NCBI GenBank assembly: GCA_951812955.1
Contig: OX638340.1
Coordinates: 2,368,001-2,432,000, forward strand
Origin: an uncultured Gemmatimonadota bacterium
GTDB taxonomy: Bacteria > JAAXHH01
Length of the DNA stretch: 64,000 bases
Direction: 5' to 3'
Below, one piece after another: positions 47,798 through 58,496 of this stretch. The notes under the pieces are model-generated. The model was not told the origin of the DNA. It saw only the letters and a list, made by a program, of their open reading frames with translations, and did no database searches. The translations under genes were made by a program, and so were the position numbers. The stretch's first letter is position 1. Each line of letters opens with the position of its first letter.

Positions 47798-50700
47798 TTA
47801 CTTCGCTCCGGCCTTCTCACGCGTACGCCTGCCACTCAGATAGGCCTTCAGCTTCGGCGGAAAATCCCGCTTGACCAGTTCCTGCCGCAACGCCCACTTT
47901 TCTTCGTCCGACACCGGAGACGCCTCCCTGATATCACCGCCCTCCATGATCAGGATCGGTTCGCCGTCCCGGTAGAGGATCCGGTTGTTGGTGATGCCGG
48001 GAATGCGCCGCCCGGGCGTAATGATCCCGACCAGATTGAGCGGGTCGGCCGCGCTGATGGCGACGAGCGTGCCCTGCTTCTCCTTCCGCCGGATACTTCT
48101 CAAAAGGGTGACGGCCTCGCCCAGGGCGTACTGCTCGCCCCAGACGCCGTTCACGAACCGGCCGCCGCGGATCTCTCCCCTTGCTTCCATCCGCCTCAGT
48201 ACCCGTACCAGGTCCCTCCACGGCGGCGAGGTGTTTTCCCGTTCCGTGAGCCGCCTGAACACCACGCCGTACCTGGCCAGGGCGACGCGGGCATAGGCCT
48301 CGAGATCCTCCTCCGGGTTGCCGTCCTCCGGTGTCCTGGCAGTCAGCCCCCACCGTCCCGCCGTCGACAGGTCGAAGGGATTCCTGCGTTCCCGTCCCCG
48401 CCTGGACTCCCTGTGGCGCGTCGGCGCCAGCAGGGCCCTGAGCCCCGCGAAACTGTCGGAGGTCGCCATCCCCGCCGAGACCAGTTCCGCCACGGCTTCC
48501 TCGGCGTGGGTACGCAGGATCCCGGCCTGCGCGACGATGTCGTCGAAGAACACAGCGCCTTGCCGGGTCATGACGTCCAGTGCCGTCTTCGCGTAGGTGG
48601 ACAGCGAAAGATCCTCGTCGCCGGTCACGCCGCTCAGGGACATCCACAGCGACCGGTTCATGCGGTCCACGATGGCGATGGGCGTCGTTCGGATCGGGCC
48701 GGCCGTCTTCCCGTTCTCGCCGTTCGATTTATGGGGACGAAGCCGTCCCCACGCGTACTTGCCGGAAAGACACAGGTTGTCGAGCCAGACATAATCGTAG
48801 TCGGTAACGCGGGAAGGCAGGATCTCGCTCTCCCAGGCCGCGGCCGGCGCCTCCACGCCTTCGAGCATGCGCAGCACGGCGGTCACGGCGTCGGCCCCCT
48901 TCAACCGGGTGTCTGGCGCCAGGTGATGCCAGGTGAAAAGGAACTGCATGAAGTCGGCAGGTGAAACAGGCTGGATTTCGCGGCGCAGCTTCGTGATCGT
49001 GAAGCGATGGATCCGGGCGAGAAGCCGGCGCTCGCACCATTCCAGCCCGTCCGCGGCCGGCGAAAACTGTCCTCTGAAGACAAATCCCTCGTTCTCGAGC
49101 ACGGAAAGTGCCTTTTCGATCTTCCCGACCGGCAGATCAATGGAATCGGCCAAAGCAGCAGCCGTAACCGGGCCGAGTGTCTCCAGTCTTCCGCGCACCA
49201 GTTCCACCAGGGCGGATTCTTCCGTCGCGGATGCTCCACCCGCGGATGCTCCACCCGCGGGTTGAAAACTCTTTTCCAGGTTGCCCCTCACTTCGGCCGG
49301 GATTTCCTCCTCCGGCTCGAACCTTCCCTGCGGGTGCACCTGCTCGAAGTGAATGCGTCGCTCAAGGGGCGCCCACAATCGCCGGCCTCCACGGGTGATG
49401 AGCGTGGCGGCCCGGCGGTCGCCTTCCAGCTCGGCGTAGTAGTCCGTCCAACTCCCGTACTGATCCCCCTTCTTTCCCTCTTCCTCCGTCACGTACCCCG
49501 CGAGCACCAGAGCGTCGTGGAGTTCGTCGGGACTCCGCACCTCGGGCCAGGCGTCGCCGCGGACGGTGTCGATGGCCTCCGGGTCCAGGCGTCCCAGGTC
49601 CCCCGCTACGGCCGGGTCGAGCCAGCGGCGGTTCCGAACGGCGTTGGTCCGCCGCTCCTCGAGCGGCGCGTCGTCCAGGAAGGCGTACGGACGGGCGTTG
49701 AGAATCTCCTCCGCCATGGGCGAGGGCTCGCGGAGGTCCCGCGCGTGCACGTTCATTTCCCCTGCCTTCATCGTCTTCAGCACGGACTCCAGCGTCTCGA
49801 TGTCCATGGCCTCGTGCAGGCAGTCTTCGATGGTCTGGCTGACCAGGGGATGGTCCGGCACTTCCCGGTCTCCCGCGATATTCTCGAGGCACGCGATCTG
49901 GTCGGGGAAGATCTGGGCGATCAGGTCTTCGGACACGGACCGCTGTATCTGCGGCGGCACCCGGTCCCCGCCCCTGCGCCGCAACACGGCCAGGGCGATC
50001 GACGCGTTCCACCGCCAGCGCACCTCGAACATGGGCGCGTCGAGCAGGGCCTGGACCAGGACTTCGCGTACCGAAGCGGCGTTGAGGTATTTGAAAACGT
50101 CGTCGAGGGGAAAGCTGTGGGTGGCGCCCAGGGACAAAATGATGGCATCCTCGTTCGCCGCGGCCTGCAGCTCGAAGTTGAACGTGCGGCAGAACCGCTT
50201 GCGCAGGGCAAGGCCCCATGCCCGGTTTACCCGGCTGCCGAAGGGACTGTGGAGCACGAGGTGCATGTCGCCGGCCTCGTCGAAAAACCGCTCGGCCACC
50301 AGGTCCTTCTGGGAGGGTATCACGCCGAGTGCAGCCTTGGCAGTGCCCAGGTACTCCGCGATCTGCGTCGCCGCCACGTGGGAGATGCCCGCGGACTCCA
50401 TCAGCCATTCCTCGGCCTCCCGCTTCCATTCCGCGTCGAGCTTTCTTCCGCTATCCCGTCCGTTTACGGCATCCGATCCGTCGTTGTTCAACGGTCCGTT
50501 TTCGGCGCCCGATCCGTCGTCAGTGTTCAGCGGTCCGTTTTCGGCGCCCGATCCGTCGTCAGTGTTCAGCGGTCCGTTCCCGATGTCCATCCGGCTCGCA
50601 ACTTCCTCTCTCAACCGCGACAGGGAAGCGGATAGTTCGGCCGTCCTCCCCGGCGCTTCGCCGAACCAGAAGGGCATCGTGGGCGGCATGCCCTGGGCGT

Positions 50701-52351
50701 CCTCCACCCGGATCTTGCCCTTCTCCACGCGCAGGATGCGCCACGAGTTGTTGCCCAGTTGCACGATGTCCCCGGCCGTGCTCTCGATGGCGAAGTCCTC
50801 GTTCAGCGTACCGATGAAAGTCTCCGTCGGCTCCATGATCACGTCGTAGTCGAACTGGTCCGGGATCGTTCCGCCCGACATCAGGGCGTTGATCCGGGCC
50901 CCTCCGCGGCCCTTGACCGCTCCGTTCATCAGGTCACGCTGGATGTAGGCGTGCTTGCGCCCACGACGCGGGGTATAGCCCTCGGACAACATGGCCACGA
51001 CGCCGTCGAATTCCTCCCGGGACAGGGCGCGGTAGGGATAGGCCTTCCGCACCAGGTGGTACAGGTCGTCCTCCTGGAAGTCGCAGTTGGCCACCTCCGC
51101 GATGATCTGCTGGGCCAGCACGTCCAGCGGCTTTTCGGGGATGATGATGCGGTCGAGTTCTCCCCGCCGCACCGAATCCATGATCGCGGCCGCCTCCACC
51201 AGTTCGTCGCGCGTCAGGGGGAACAGGCGCCCTCGCGGCGTGCCCGTGATCGTGTGGCCGGAGCGGCCCACGCGCTGGATGAGCGTCGCGATGGCCTTGG
51301 GCGAACCGATCTGGCACACCAGGTCGACCGACCCGATGTCGATCCCGAGTTCCAGGGAGGCCGTGGCCACGAGGGCCTTCAGCGTGCCGGCCTTGAGCCG
51401 CTGTTCGGCGTCGTGGCGATGCTCCTTCGACATGCTGCCGTGGTGGGAGGTGACGTTCTCCACGCCCAACCGGTCGCTCAGGTGGCGGGCCAGCCGTTCC
51501 GACATGCTCCGCGTCGTGACGAAGACCAGCGTGGTCTCGTGCCGGAGAATGAGCTCCTCTAGGCGTTCATACACCTCCTCCCACACTTCGTTGGACATGA
51601 CCGCGCCGAGCGGGGAGCGTGGCACCTCGATCTTGAGCTCGAGTTTCCGCCGATGGCCGGTGTTGAGGATCTTGCATCCCTCTCCCTTCGCGTAGCCCGC
51701 GCCGGTGAGGAAGTGGGCGATCCGGTCGATGGGTTTCTGTGTTGCCGATATGCCGATGCGCGTAAGTGGACCGGAGGTAAGCCGTTCCAGGCGCTCCACA
51801 GAAAGGGCCAGGTGCGATCCCCGTTTGTTGCCCACCAGCGCGTGGATTTCGTCGATGATGAGGGTGTGCACATTCGGCAGGATGCGCCGGCCCCCCGCGC
51901 TCGTGAGCAGCAGGTACAGGCTTTCCGGCGTCGTTACCAAAATGTGGGGCGGGTGCTTCGTCATGGCGGCGCGCTCGCTCGTGGGCGTATCGCCCGTGCG
52001 GACCGCCACGCGGATGGGCACGTCCGGCCTCTCGCGCTCCTTCAGGATCGCCCGGATGCCCTTCAGGGGGACCTGCAAGTTGGCGTGGATGTCGTTGCTG
52101 AGGGCCTTCAGGGGCGATACGTAGACGATCTGGGTGCCCTCGGGCAGCGAACCGTACTGGCCCTGTCGGACCAGGTCGTCGATGGAAGACAGGAAGGCGG
52201 CAAGCGTCTTGCCGGAACCTGTGGGTGCGGCGATCAGCGCGTGCTTCTGCTGCTTGATGACCGGCCAGGCACGCTTCTGGATGTCGGACGGTTCCGCGAA
52301 CCGTTCCTCGAACCAGGCAGCCACGGCGGGATGGAAGAGGTCGTTGGTCAT
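47798..52351 (-). CDS. lhr: Lhr-family large ATP-dependent helicase (superfamily 2)
   Basis: Q-motif/Walker [10 protein letters not shown] and DEIH (DExH) motifs, helicase C, and a long Lhr-specific C-terminal extension. 1517 aa. Contains a 13-aa x3 repeat insert. Confidence 0.85.
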   Translation of the reverse strand: MTNDLFHPAVAAWFEERFAEPSDIQKRAWPVIKQQKHALIAAPTGSGKTLAAFLSSIDDLVRQGQYGSLPEGTQIVYVSPLKALSNDIHANLQVPLKGIRAILKERERPDVPIRVAVRTGDTPTSERAAMTKHPPHILVTTPESLYLLLTSAGGRRILPNVHTLIIDEIHALVGNKRGSHLALSVERLERLTSGPLTRIGISATQKPIDRIAHFLTGAGYAKGEGCKILNTGHRRKLELKIEVPRSPLGAVMSNEVWEEVYERLEELILRHETTLVFVTTRSMSERLARHLSDRLGVENVTSHHGSMSKEHRHDAEQRLKAGTLKALVATASLELGIDIGSVDLVCQIGSPKAIATLIQRVGRSGHTITGTPRGRLFPLTRDELVEAAAIMDSVRRGELDRIIIPEKPLDVLAQQIIAEVANCDFQEDDLYHLVRKAYPYRALSREEFDGVVAMLSEGYTPRRGRKHAYIQRDLMNGAVKGRGGARINALMSGGTIPDQFDYDVIMEPTETFIGTLNEDFAIESTAGDIVQLGNNSWRILRVEKGKIRVEDAQGMPPTMPFWFGEAPGRTAELSASLSRLREEVASRMDIGNGPLNTDDGSGAENGPLNTDDGSGAENGPLNNDGSDAVNGRDSGRKLDAEWKREAEEWLMESAGISHVAATQIAEYLGTAKAALGVIPSQKDLVAERFFDEAGDMHLVLHSPFGSRVNRAWGLALRKRFCRTFNFELQAAANEDAIILSLGATHSFPLDDVFKYLNAASVREVLVQALLDAPMFEVRWRWNASIALAVLRRRGGDRVPPQIQRSVSEDLIAQIFPDQIACLENIAGDREVPDHPLVSQTIEDCLHEAMDIETLESVLKTMKAGEMNVHARDLREPSPMAEEILNARPYAFLDDAPLEERRTNAVRNRRWLDPAVAGDLGRLDPEAIDTVRGDAWPEVRSPDELHDALVLAGYVTEEEGKKGDQYGSWTDYYAELEGDRRAATLITRGGRRLWAPLERRIHFEQVHPQGRFEPEEEIPAEVRGNLEKSFQPAGGASAGGASATEESALVELVRGRLETLGPVTAAALADSIDLPVGKIEKALSVLENEGFVFRGQFSPAADGLEWCERRLLARIHRFTITKLRREIQPVSPADFMQFLFTWHHLAPDTRLKGADAVTAVLRMLEGVEAPAAAWESEILPSRVTDYDYVWLDNLCLSGKYAWGRLRPHKSNGENGKTAGPIRTTPIAIVDRMNRSLWMSLSGVTGDEDLSLSTYAKTALDVMTRQGAVFFDDIVAQAGILRTHAEEAVAELVSAGMATSDSFAGLRALLAPTRHRESRRGRERRNPFDLSTAGRWGLTARTPEDGNPEEDLEAYARVALARYGVVFRRLTERENTSPPWRDLVRVLRRMEARGEIRGGRFVNGVWGEQYALGEAVTLLRSIRRKEKQGTLVAISAADPLNLVGIITPGRRIPGITNNRILYRDGEPILIMEGGDIREASPVSDEEKWALRQELVKRDFPPKLKAYLSGRRTREKAGAK
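50462..50578. repeat. 39-bp tandem repeat x3 inside lhr (encodes [13 protein letters not shown] x3)
   Basis: Two exact copies at 50501-50578 preceded by a diverged copy. Confidence 0.6.
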
Positions 52352-52459
52352 GGGTCCAATTTAGATGATAATCAATTATTGTACGTTGATACTCGCTCTC
52401 AGTTCAATGGGTGATGGAAGACCATCAATTGTAGTGGTAGTTACCACGATATATTAAAG

Positions 52460-52624
52460 CTAAATCGAAATCCCGTAAACCAACATTACGGTACCGGCGA
52501 TAAGCGCGATTAGTCCCCTGTTCCGGGTGGTGAGTCCGATCCGTTCATACGTTCTGCCGCTGGCCCATACAAGCACGCCCGAGACGAACAGGTATATGCC
52601 GGCGGCGATCAATGCTACGCTCAT
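52460..52624 (-). CDS. possible small two-TM membrane protein (54 aa)
   Basis: Reading MSVALIAAGIYLFVSGVLVW...LIALIAGTVMLVYGISI, with an ATG 13 nt after the PhyH stop. Only the 3' tail of the 127-aa ORF lies outside the PhyH gene. Confidence 0.3.
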   Translation of the reverse strand: MSVALIAAGIYLFVSGVLVWASGRTYERIGLTTRNRGLIALIAGTVMLVYGISI

Positions 52625-52637
52625 AAATCCGCTCGAT

Positions 52638-53477
52638 TCATTCCTCGTACAACACTGGACAATACGCGGGATCGTCCAGGTGCTGCACGTAGTAGTCTTC
52701 GCGGCCCTCCACCGGACGTGCCTTTTCGGTCCGCATGTGGAAGGCGAAGCTTCGGCGCGGCGCGTCCGATACATTGGGCCCGCTGGCGTGGTAGGTGTGA
52801 CGGTCGTGGAAACTGACCGCGCCGGGCGGCAGAACCACCTCAACTTCCTCCCAATCTTCCCCCTCGGGCACGGGGATCTCCTGCTGTTGGGCTTCGTGAT
52901 CGTGTCCGAAGAAGTCGCCGCTGTCCAGCAGGCCCCACCGGTGCGAGCCCCGCAGGAACCGCATCGGTCCGGATTCAGCGGTCACGTTGCTCACGGCAAC
53001 CCAGGCCGTGAACAACTCGCCGTCCAGGTACCTCCAGTACTGCTTGTCCTGGTGCCATCCGACATTGCCTGCCACCTCGCCGCCGGCTGGCTTGAAGAGC
53101 ATCTGGGACGCCCAGAGCTGGACACGTTTCGCGCCAAGCAACTCCGCCGCCCAGCGCCCGATTTCCGGATGGGAGGCCAGTTCGTAGATGGCCCGGTTCG
53201 ACAGGTGCGCCTGGTCGATCTTCCGGATGCGCTTCGGGTCGTCGCCGGGATTCCACGATCGGCGGGGTGGTTCACCGGTTTCGTACGTGCCATCCATGAC
53301 CGCGTCCATGGCGGTCGTCACCCGTTCGATCAGGTCGGCCGGGATGATGGGCGTCGACAGGAAGAAGCCGTCTCGGCGGTAGTGTTCCCGGGCGGACGGG
53401 GGGATGGACACTTTCGGAATAGAAATCGTCATCTGGTCCTCGTCAATCCGGCTGTCGCTCATTCGGTCCTCGCTCAT
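52638..53477 (-). CDS. phytanoyl-CoA dioxygenase (PhyH) family protein
   Basis: WHQD..., GSH and RSFAFH motifs. Third PhyH paralog in the window. Confidence 0.8.
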   Translation of the reverse strand: MSEDRMSDSRIDEDQMTISIPKVSIPPSAREHYRRDGFFLSTPIIPADLIERVTTAMDAVMDGTYETGEPPRRSWNPGDDPKRIRKIDQAHLSNRAIYELASHPEIGRWAAELLGAKRVQLWASQMLFKPAGGEVAGNVGWHQDKQYWRYLDGELFTAWVAVSNVTAESGPMRFLRGSHRWGLLDSGDFFGHDHEAQQQEIPVPEGEDWEEVEVVLPPGAVSFHDRHTYHASGPNVSDAPRRSFAFHMRTEKARPVEGREDYYVQHLDDPAYCPVLYEE

Positions 53478-53484
53478 CCTAACC

Positions 53485-54891
53485 TCACGCGTCCGGCAAC
53501 GCGCTCTTGTACGTCGCGCCGCCGCGCGCCTCGTAGAATTCCTCGTTGGCCCGGGCGAGCAGGTCCGGGTTCCGCAGCAGGTCCAGCCCCGTCAGCGCCA
53601 TGGCCTTGGCGGCGAAGAGCATGCCCCTGTTGCCGATACTCGATCCGGAGGAGGCCACCATCTGCCAGCTGTGGGCGGGCGTGCCCAGGGGCCAGCAGCA
53701 GGTCGTGATCTGCCCGGTGGGCGTGATCCAGCTCACGTCGCCCACGTCCGTCGACCCCTCCACGCCCGGCGGGGTGTCGTTATGGGGAAGCACCTGCGTC
53801 CACAGCGGGTTCTCGATGCTCTCTTCGATGGAGTTTCTCTCCGTTGACTTCTCCATCCGTTCGTAGGCCATCTGGACGGCGTTCTCCGGGAACGTGGCCT
53901 GCAGCTGGCGGGCGAAGCGCCGCTCGTCAGCAGTGAAGGCTAGGTCGTTCACCACCTGCATCTTCGCCAGCATCAGGTCGGAGAGCGTATCGTTCGGTAG
54001 GACGTCGTAACAGCCCGCGATGAACTCGATCTCGTGGGTGGTGCCGCTCATCAGGGCCGCGCCCCGGGCGATGTCGAGCACGCGCTCGTACATCTCGTCC
54101 ACCTCGGAGCGTTTCGGCGACCGGATGTAGTACCAGACCTGGGCGAATGCAGGCACCACGTTCGGCGCCTCACCGCCGCTCGTCACCACGCTGTGGATGC
54201 GAGCCTCCGAAATCACGTGCTCCCTGAGGTAGTTCATGCCCACGTCCATGAGCATGACGCCGTCCAGCGCGCTGCGCCCGAGGTATGGCGCCGCGGCCGC
54301 GTGGGAGGCCACGCCGTGGAAGTTGACCTTGAAGGAGTTCAGGGCCAGAGAGGACCCGTTCCAGACCAGGTTCGTGCTGCCGGGATGCCAGGTGATGGCG
54401 GTGTCGAGGTCGTCAAAGACTCCGGCGCGGGCCATCAGTACCTTGCCCACCACCTGCTCCTCCGCCGGGCAACCATAGTACCGGATGGTGCCGGCGATAC
54501 CGTCCCGCTCCATCGCCCGCTTAAGCGCCATTACCGAACCCATGCAGGCTGTGCCGTACAGATTATGCCCGCAACCATGGCCGGGTCCACCCGGCTCGAT
54601 CACCTCCTTCTCCGCGGACACTGTCTGCGACAGGCCCGGCAGGGCGTCGTATTCGCCGAGGTAGCCGATGATCGGGCCGCCCGAGCCCCACGTGGCGATA
54701 AAGGCCGTGTCCATCCCGCCAGCGCCCCACTCGATGGAGAAGCCATCCGCCTCCAGTTCCTTTGCCTGCAGCTCCGACGCGTAGGTCTCCTGCAGGGCGA
54801 TCTGCGGATGGTCCCAGATGTCCTTCGCGATCCGGGACAGGCTGTCGTCCTGGTCGTTGACGTAATCGATGATTAACTTTTCCGAACTCAT
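53485..54891 (-). CDS. M20-family amidohydrolase (AbgB/aminobenzoyl-glutamate hydrolase-like)
   Basis: GPGHGCGHNL metal-binding motif and an M20D dimerisation domain. The start is taken at MSSEKL. Confidence 0.75.
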   Translation of the reverse strand: MSSEKLIIDYVNDQDDSLSRIAKDIWDHPQIALQETYASELQAKELEADGFSIEWGAGGMDTAFIATWGSGGPIIGYLGEYDALPGLSQTVSAEKEVIEPGGPGHGCGHNLYGTACMGSVMALKRAMERDGIAGTIRYYGCPAEEQVVGKVLMARAGVFDDLDTAITWHPGSTNLVWNGSSLALNSFKVNFHGVASHAAAAPYLGRSALDGVMLMDVGMNYLREHVISEARIHSVVTSGGEAPNVVPAFAQVWYYIRSPKRSEVDEMYERVLDIARGAALMSGTTHEIEFIAGCYDVLPNDTLSDLMLAKMQVVNDLAFTADERRFARQLQATFPENAVQMAYERMEKSTERNSIEESIENPLWTQVLPHNDTPPGVEGSTDVGDVSWITPTGQITTCCWPLGTPAHSWQMVASSGSSIGNRGMLFAAKAMALTGLDLLRNPDLLARANEEFYEARGGATYKSALPDA

Positions 54892-55157
54892 GTGCGTGCT
54901 TCTCCGGTTGATTTGCGCGGTATTCAAAGGGTATTCGGTATTTGGGATGTCGATGCGGAATACAGTGGTATATTATAACGGTCACCCGAAGCACATGCAA
55001 CGTAGATGCAACGTAGATGCTGAAGTGTAGACATATTGAAGATACGGACACTGTAGCATAGAAACACTGTAAATACGGCTGCGGAGTTTCTGACGGGCAC
55101 CGGGGTACCACCCTACCATCAGCGCATCAGGAACCATCCAGGGAGCGTACCGCCACC

Positions 55158-56000
55158 ATGCGCCAGTTCGACCGGAAATTCGGCGAAAGGCTCATCGAGA
55201 ATTCTCCCATGACACCTGCGGTATACCTGTTCAAGGACGGGCAGGGCTCGGTGATCTACGTCGGCAAGGCCGGGAACATCCGCCGGCGCCTCCAGCAGTA
55301 CCGCAACGCCTCTCGGCGCAAGGTGCACCGCAAGATGCGGACGCTGGTCCGAGAGGCGAGCGCTCTCGAGATCATCCCTCAGGAATCCGAACGCGAAGCC
55401 CTGTTGCTCGAGAACGAACTGATCCGCAAGCTGCGGCCGCCGTACAACGAGGACGGCACGTGGGATTTTCTATATCCGGCACTCGGAATCGGCGGCACCG
55501 AAAAACAGGTACTGATTTGCTTCACAACCCACGTGGACGCGTGGAAAAGCCTGGACCTGAGGTGGTACGGCGTGTTCAAATCGCGGCGGCGGGCGCTGGC
55601 CGCATTCGATGCGCTGGTCTACCTCCTGCGGCTGATCGGACATATCGAACCGGTGCGGTATCTTCCGCCCCACGAACGGATCCGGGGTTCCCGCCTCACC
55701 GGTTTCCGCCAATTGGCGCCCGAAGTCGTTTCCGCGCTGGACCGCTTCCTGTCCGGAGTCGGCCCCGAAGCGCTCCTACCCCTGACCCACGGTCTGCTGG
55801 AAAAACCCGCCGCCCGCCACGACGCATCGGAAGTCCAGCGGAACATCCGCATGCTCGCGCACTTCCACGAAAGGGACCTCGCGCCCCTGCGCGCGGCCAT
55901 GCGTTCTGCGGGGCGGCCGGGCTCCTTCGTGTCCCAGGCCGAGCGCGACGCGCTGTTCCTGGCCACGGACGAGCGGATCGGCAATGAGGCGGATCCCTGA
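55158..56000 (+). CDS. GIY-YIG nuclease family protein (UvrC N-terminal-like / Cho-like)
   Basis: PAVYLFKDGQGSVIYVGKAGNIRRRLQQY fits the GIY-YIG pattern of UvrC/Cho, and ENELIRKLRPPYN is conserved. 280 aa. Confidence 0.6.
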   Translation: MRQFDRKFGERLIENSPMTPAVYLFKDGQGSVIYVGKAGNIRRRLQQYRNASRRKVHRKMRTLVREASALEIIPQESEREALLLENELIRKLRPPYNEDGTWDFLYPALGIGGTEKQVLICFTTHVDAWKSLDLRWYGVFKSRRRALAAFDALVYLLRLIGHIEPVRYLPPHERIRGSRLTGFRQLAPEVVSALDRFLSGVGPEALLPLTHGLLEKPAARHDASEVQRNIRMLAHFHERDLAPLRAAMRSAGRPGSFVSQAERDALFLATDERIGNEADP

Positions 56001-56063
56001 CCTCGCCGCCGGCAAAGATTCCGCAAATTCGAAGTAAGTAAATAACCATCAGTAAGGAGTTTT

Positions 56064-56086
56064 AGAAATAGTAATTTCTATTGACA
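56064..56086 (+). promoter_or_regulatory. vapBC promoter/operator: 16-bp palindrome AGAAATAGTAATTTCT abutting a TTGACA -35
   Basis: Perfect 6-bp inverted arms at 56064-56079, TTGACA at 56081-56086 and an AT-rich -10 region just downstream. Confidence 0.4.
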
Positions 56087-56111
56087 ATAGTAAGGGTTTT
56101 CTTGTAGAGTA

Positions 56112-56381
56112 ATGATATTGTCCGATGACCATGGGAGACATACGACCGTGATTGAATCCGGCATCACGAGCAAAGGGCAGACCACGGTGCCCAAGTTGGT
56201 ACGGGAAGCGCTTGGTCTGGAGTCCGGCGACAGGGTGCGATACGTGATTGATGACCAGGAAGTGCGCATGCTGCCCGTACGTCCGATCGGCAGGCTGTTT
56301 GGCGTACTCAGACATTGTGGCCCACCCGTCACCATCGACGAGATGGAACAGGCCGTTGCCCGCGGAGCCGTCGACCAATGA
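56112..56381 (+). CDS. vapB: AbrB/MazE/SpoVT-fold antitoxin (VapB-like)
   Basis: SKGQTTVPKLVREALGLESGDRV swapped-hairpin motif. Possible GTG start at 56148 with GGGAGA upstream. 4-bp ATGA overlap with the PIN gene. Confidence 0.7.
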   Translation: MILSDDHGRHTTVIESGITSKGQTTVPKLVREALGLESGDRVRYVIDDQEVRMLPVRPIGRLFGVLRHCGPPVTIDEMEQAVARGAVDQ

Positions 56382-56770
56382 TCGCGCTGGATACCAATGT
56401 CCTGGTCCGGTTTCTCGTGCGCGATGACGAGTCGCAGGCTGCGTCCGCCCGGACTATGCTGGCATCGTGCTCGGCAGAAAAACCCGGATTTGTCTGCCGC
56501 GAAGTCATCCTCGAACTCGTATGGGTCCTTGAACGGGCATACAGCTTCCCTCGCGAACAGATTGCCGACGTACTGGAGCAACTGGTCTCGACCGAGGAAC
56601 TGGTGGTGGAGGCCGCCGCCGATGTTGCGCGCGCTGCATTCAAATACGGAACGGGTGAAGCGGGATTCTCCGACCTGATGATTCTGGCAGCTGCCGAAAG
56701 ATCGCACGCACTGCCCGTGTACACCTTTGACCAAAAGGCCGCGCGGGCCGAAGGTGTGCGTTTGCTGTAG
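56378..56770 (+). CDS. vapC: PIN-domain ribonuclease toxin (VapC)
   Basis: N-terminal IALDTNVLV (first catalytic Asp), an acidic residue cluster and a C-terminal D..Q. The start is taken at the internal MIALD that overlaps the vapB stop. Confidence 0.8.
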   Translation: MIALDTNVLVRFLVRDDESQAASARTMLASCSAEKPGFVCREVILELVWVLERAYSFPREQIADVLEQLVSTEELVVEAAADVARAAFKYGTGEAGFSDLMILAAAERSHALPVYTFDQKAARAEGVRLL

Positions 56771-56906
56771 GGAACGAATACTCACCCGTCCGATGTTTTA
56801 CCGAGTGACCAAATAGCTGAAACGAACCAGGGAAGATTGCCTGCTTACCATGAAGAAGCGCTGCTACTTAATCGAGGCATACGCTTCTTCTTAATCGAGA
56901 CATACC

Positions 56907-57764
56907 ATGTTTAAAAAAGTACTGCAGGATGTTTGGGCCTTCGACGCGGAATGGGTTCCCGATCCCGATGCGGGGCGTTTGCTCTACGACCTGCCGCCCG
57001 ACATGCCCGACCGCGAAGTCGTCCAGGAAATGTGGCGCATGAACGGAGCCACGGTAGAAATGCCGCGACCTTTTCTCAAGTATGCCATGAGCCGCCTGGT
57101 GTCCATCGCCATGGTGACCAGAACCCAGGGCCCGGATGGAAACGTATCGCTCGACCTGCGGGTGCAGCCCAGGAATCCGGAAAACCCCGATGACTGTGAC
57201 GAAGCCACGATTCTGTCCCGTTTCCTGGAAAGCGTGGGCCGGCGCCAGCCCCAGCTCGTAGGCTTTAATTCCTCTGGATCGGACCTGCCGATCATGATTC
57301 AGCGGGGGATCATCAAGGGCGTCACCGCGGCCGGGTTCTGCAAGCGGCCGGACAAACCCTGGGAGGGTTACGACTACTTCTCCCGCGCCAGCGATTGGAA
57401 CGTGGACCTGATGACGGCAATCGGGGATTGGGGCAAGGCGCGGCCGTCATTGAAGGAGATGGCCGTACTGTCAGGCATACCTGGGAAGATGGGCGGTTTC
57501 GACGGCGACAGCGTTGCCGAGGCCTGGCTTGACGGAGACATCCGGAGGATCGCCCAGTACAACCAGCACGACGCTGTGACGACCTACCTTGTCTGGCTGC
57601 GCATCGCCCACTTCGCGGGCTTCTTCGACGACGTTCAGTACCGAGACGAACACGCTCTGGTGCGATCGATGCTCAAAGAGAAGGCGCAGTCACCAGAGAA
57701 CCAGCACCTGGCCGAATATGTGCAGGAATGGGACCGGCTCACGGGGATGATCGGGGAAGGGTAG
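56907..57764 (+). CDS. predicted 3'-5' exonuclease, RNase H-like (PolB exonuclease-domain-like)
   Basis: WAFDAEWVP (Exo I-like D.E), YNQHDAVTTYLVWL (Exo III-like Y...D), and size typical of stand-alone PolB-like exonucleases. Confidence 0.5.
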   Translation: MFKKVLQDVWAFDAEWVPDPDAGRLLYDLPPDMPDREVVQEMWRMNGATVEMPRPFLKYAMSRLVSIAMVTRTQGPDGNVSLDLRVQPRNPENPDDCDEATILSRFLESVGRRQPQLVGFNSSGSDLPIMIQRGIIKGVTAAGFCKRPDKPWEGYDYFSRASDWNVDLMTAIGDWGKARPSLKEMAVLSGIPGKMGGFDGDSVAEAWLDGDIRRIAQYNQHDAVTTYLVWLRIAHFAGFFDDVQYRDEHALVRSMLKEKAQSPENQHLAEYVQEWDRLTGMIGEG

Positions 57765-57837
57765 GGGATGAGAGCCCCGATCAGATGAAGGATTGCTCAA
57801 CCTGTTGGGTATGGTTTTCGATCCCGTGTTTACCAAC

Positions 57838-58284
57838 TCATATATACATTTCCATGCACCACGTCTCGAACCCATGGCTCCGGTAGAACTTGAGCACACC
57901 GTCCAGGTCTTTTGTCGCGGAATGCACGCGGAACCGCCGAATGCCATTCCGACCGGCAATCTCCTTCATGCGTTCAACCAGCTTGCCCCCGACTCCGGCG
58001 CTTCGGTAGGGTTTTCTGACATACAGATCGTATATTTCCATATGCCGCTCACCTTCTTCGAATACACACAGGTCGCGGCTGACGTGGACCTCGCCGCGGC
58101 TGTACCCGATGATTTCGTCATCGACGACAGCCACGAGCAAATAGGGTCCCAGGGCTTCCCTGATTTCGTCCGGCGAACTGGGTCCGAAGCCGTATGTTAC
58201 CCCTTCGGATTCCCAGTCCAGGTCCAGTTGATGAACGGCTTCCACGTCACCGGGTTCGCATTCGCGTATGATCAGGTTGTTCAT
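57838..58284 (-). CDS. GNAT-family N-acetyltransferase
   Basis: RSAGVGGKLVERMKEIAGRNG acetyl-CoA-binding motif (R/Q-x-x-G-x-G/A). 148 aa. Confidence 0.7.
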   Translation of the reverse strand: MNNLIIRECEPGDVEAVHQLDLDWESEGVTYGFGPSSPDEIREALGPYLLVAVVDDEIIGYSRGEVHVSRDLCVFEEGERHMEIYDLYVRKPYRSAGVGGKLVERMKEIAGRNGIRRFRVHSATKDLDGVLKFYRSHGFETWCMEMYI

Positions 58285-58496
58285 TTGAGCGCCTTTGGTT
58301 TACGTATTGTGGATTAAAATCCCTCGAAACCTTAGTTGCCGCAGTACCTTTGGAGTCCGGCTTTACCACGGAATCCGCAACGCCTGCAACTTGCGGATCC
58401 TTGCTCTCGCTTCGTTCCGCGTATAATAATGTACTATGAGCTATATGAAATCCAGTTGTTAAACATCGTGAAATTGAAGGTAAAAGGTAGCGCCAG

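Noticed and set aside
52460-52843. Full 127-aa ORF on the minus strand
   Set aside because: Its first 73 codons lie inside the PhyH gene in another frame. Only the 3' 54-aa tail is plausible, and that is reported separately at low confidence.
54928-55157. E. coli-type LexA box (CTGT-N8-ACAG) upstream of the GIY-YIG gene
   Set aside because: Only direct CACTGTA repeats (ACACTGTAGCATAGAAACACTGTAAA) and an 11-bp tandem ATGCAACGTAG x2 are present, with no inverted CTGT/ACAG pair.
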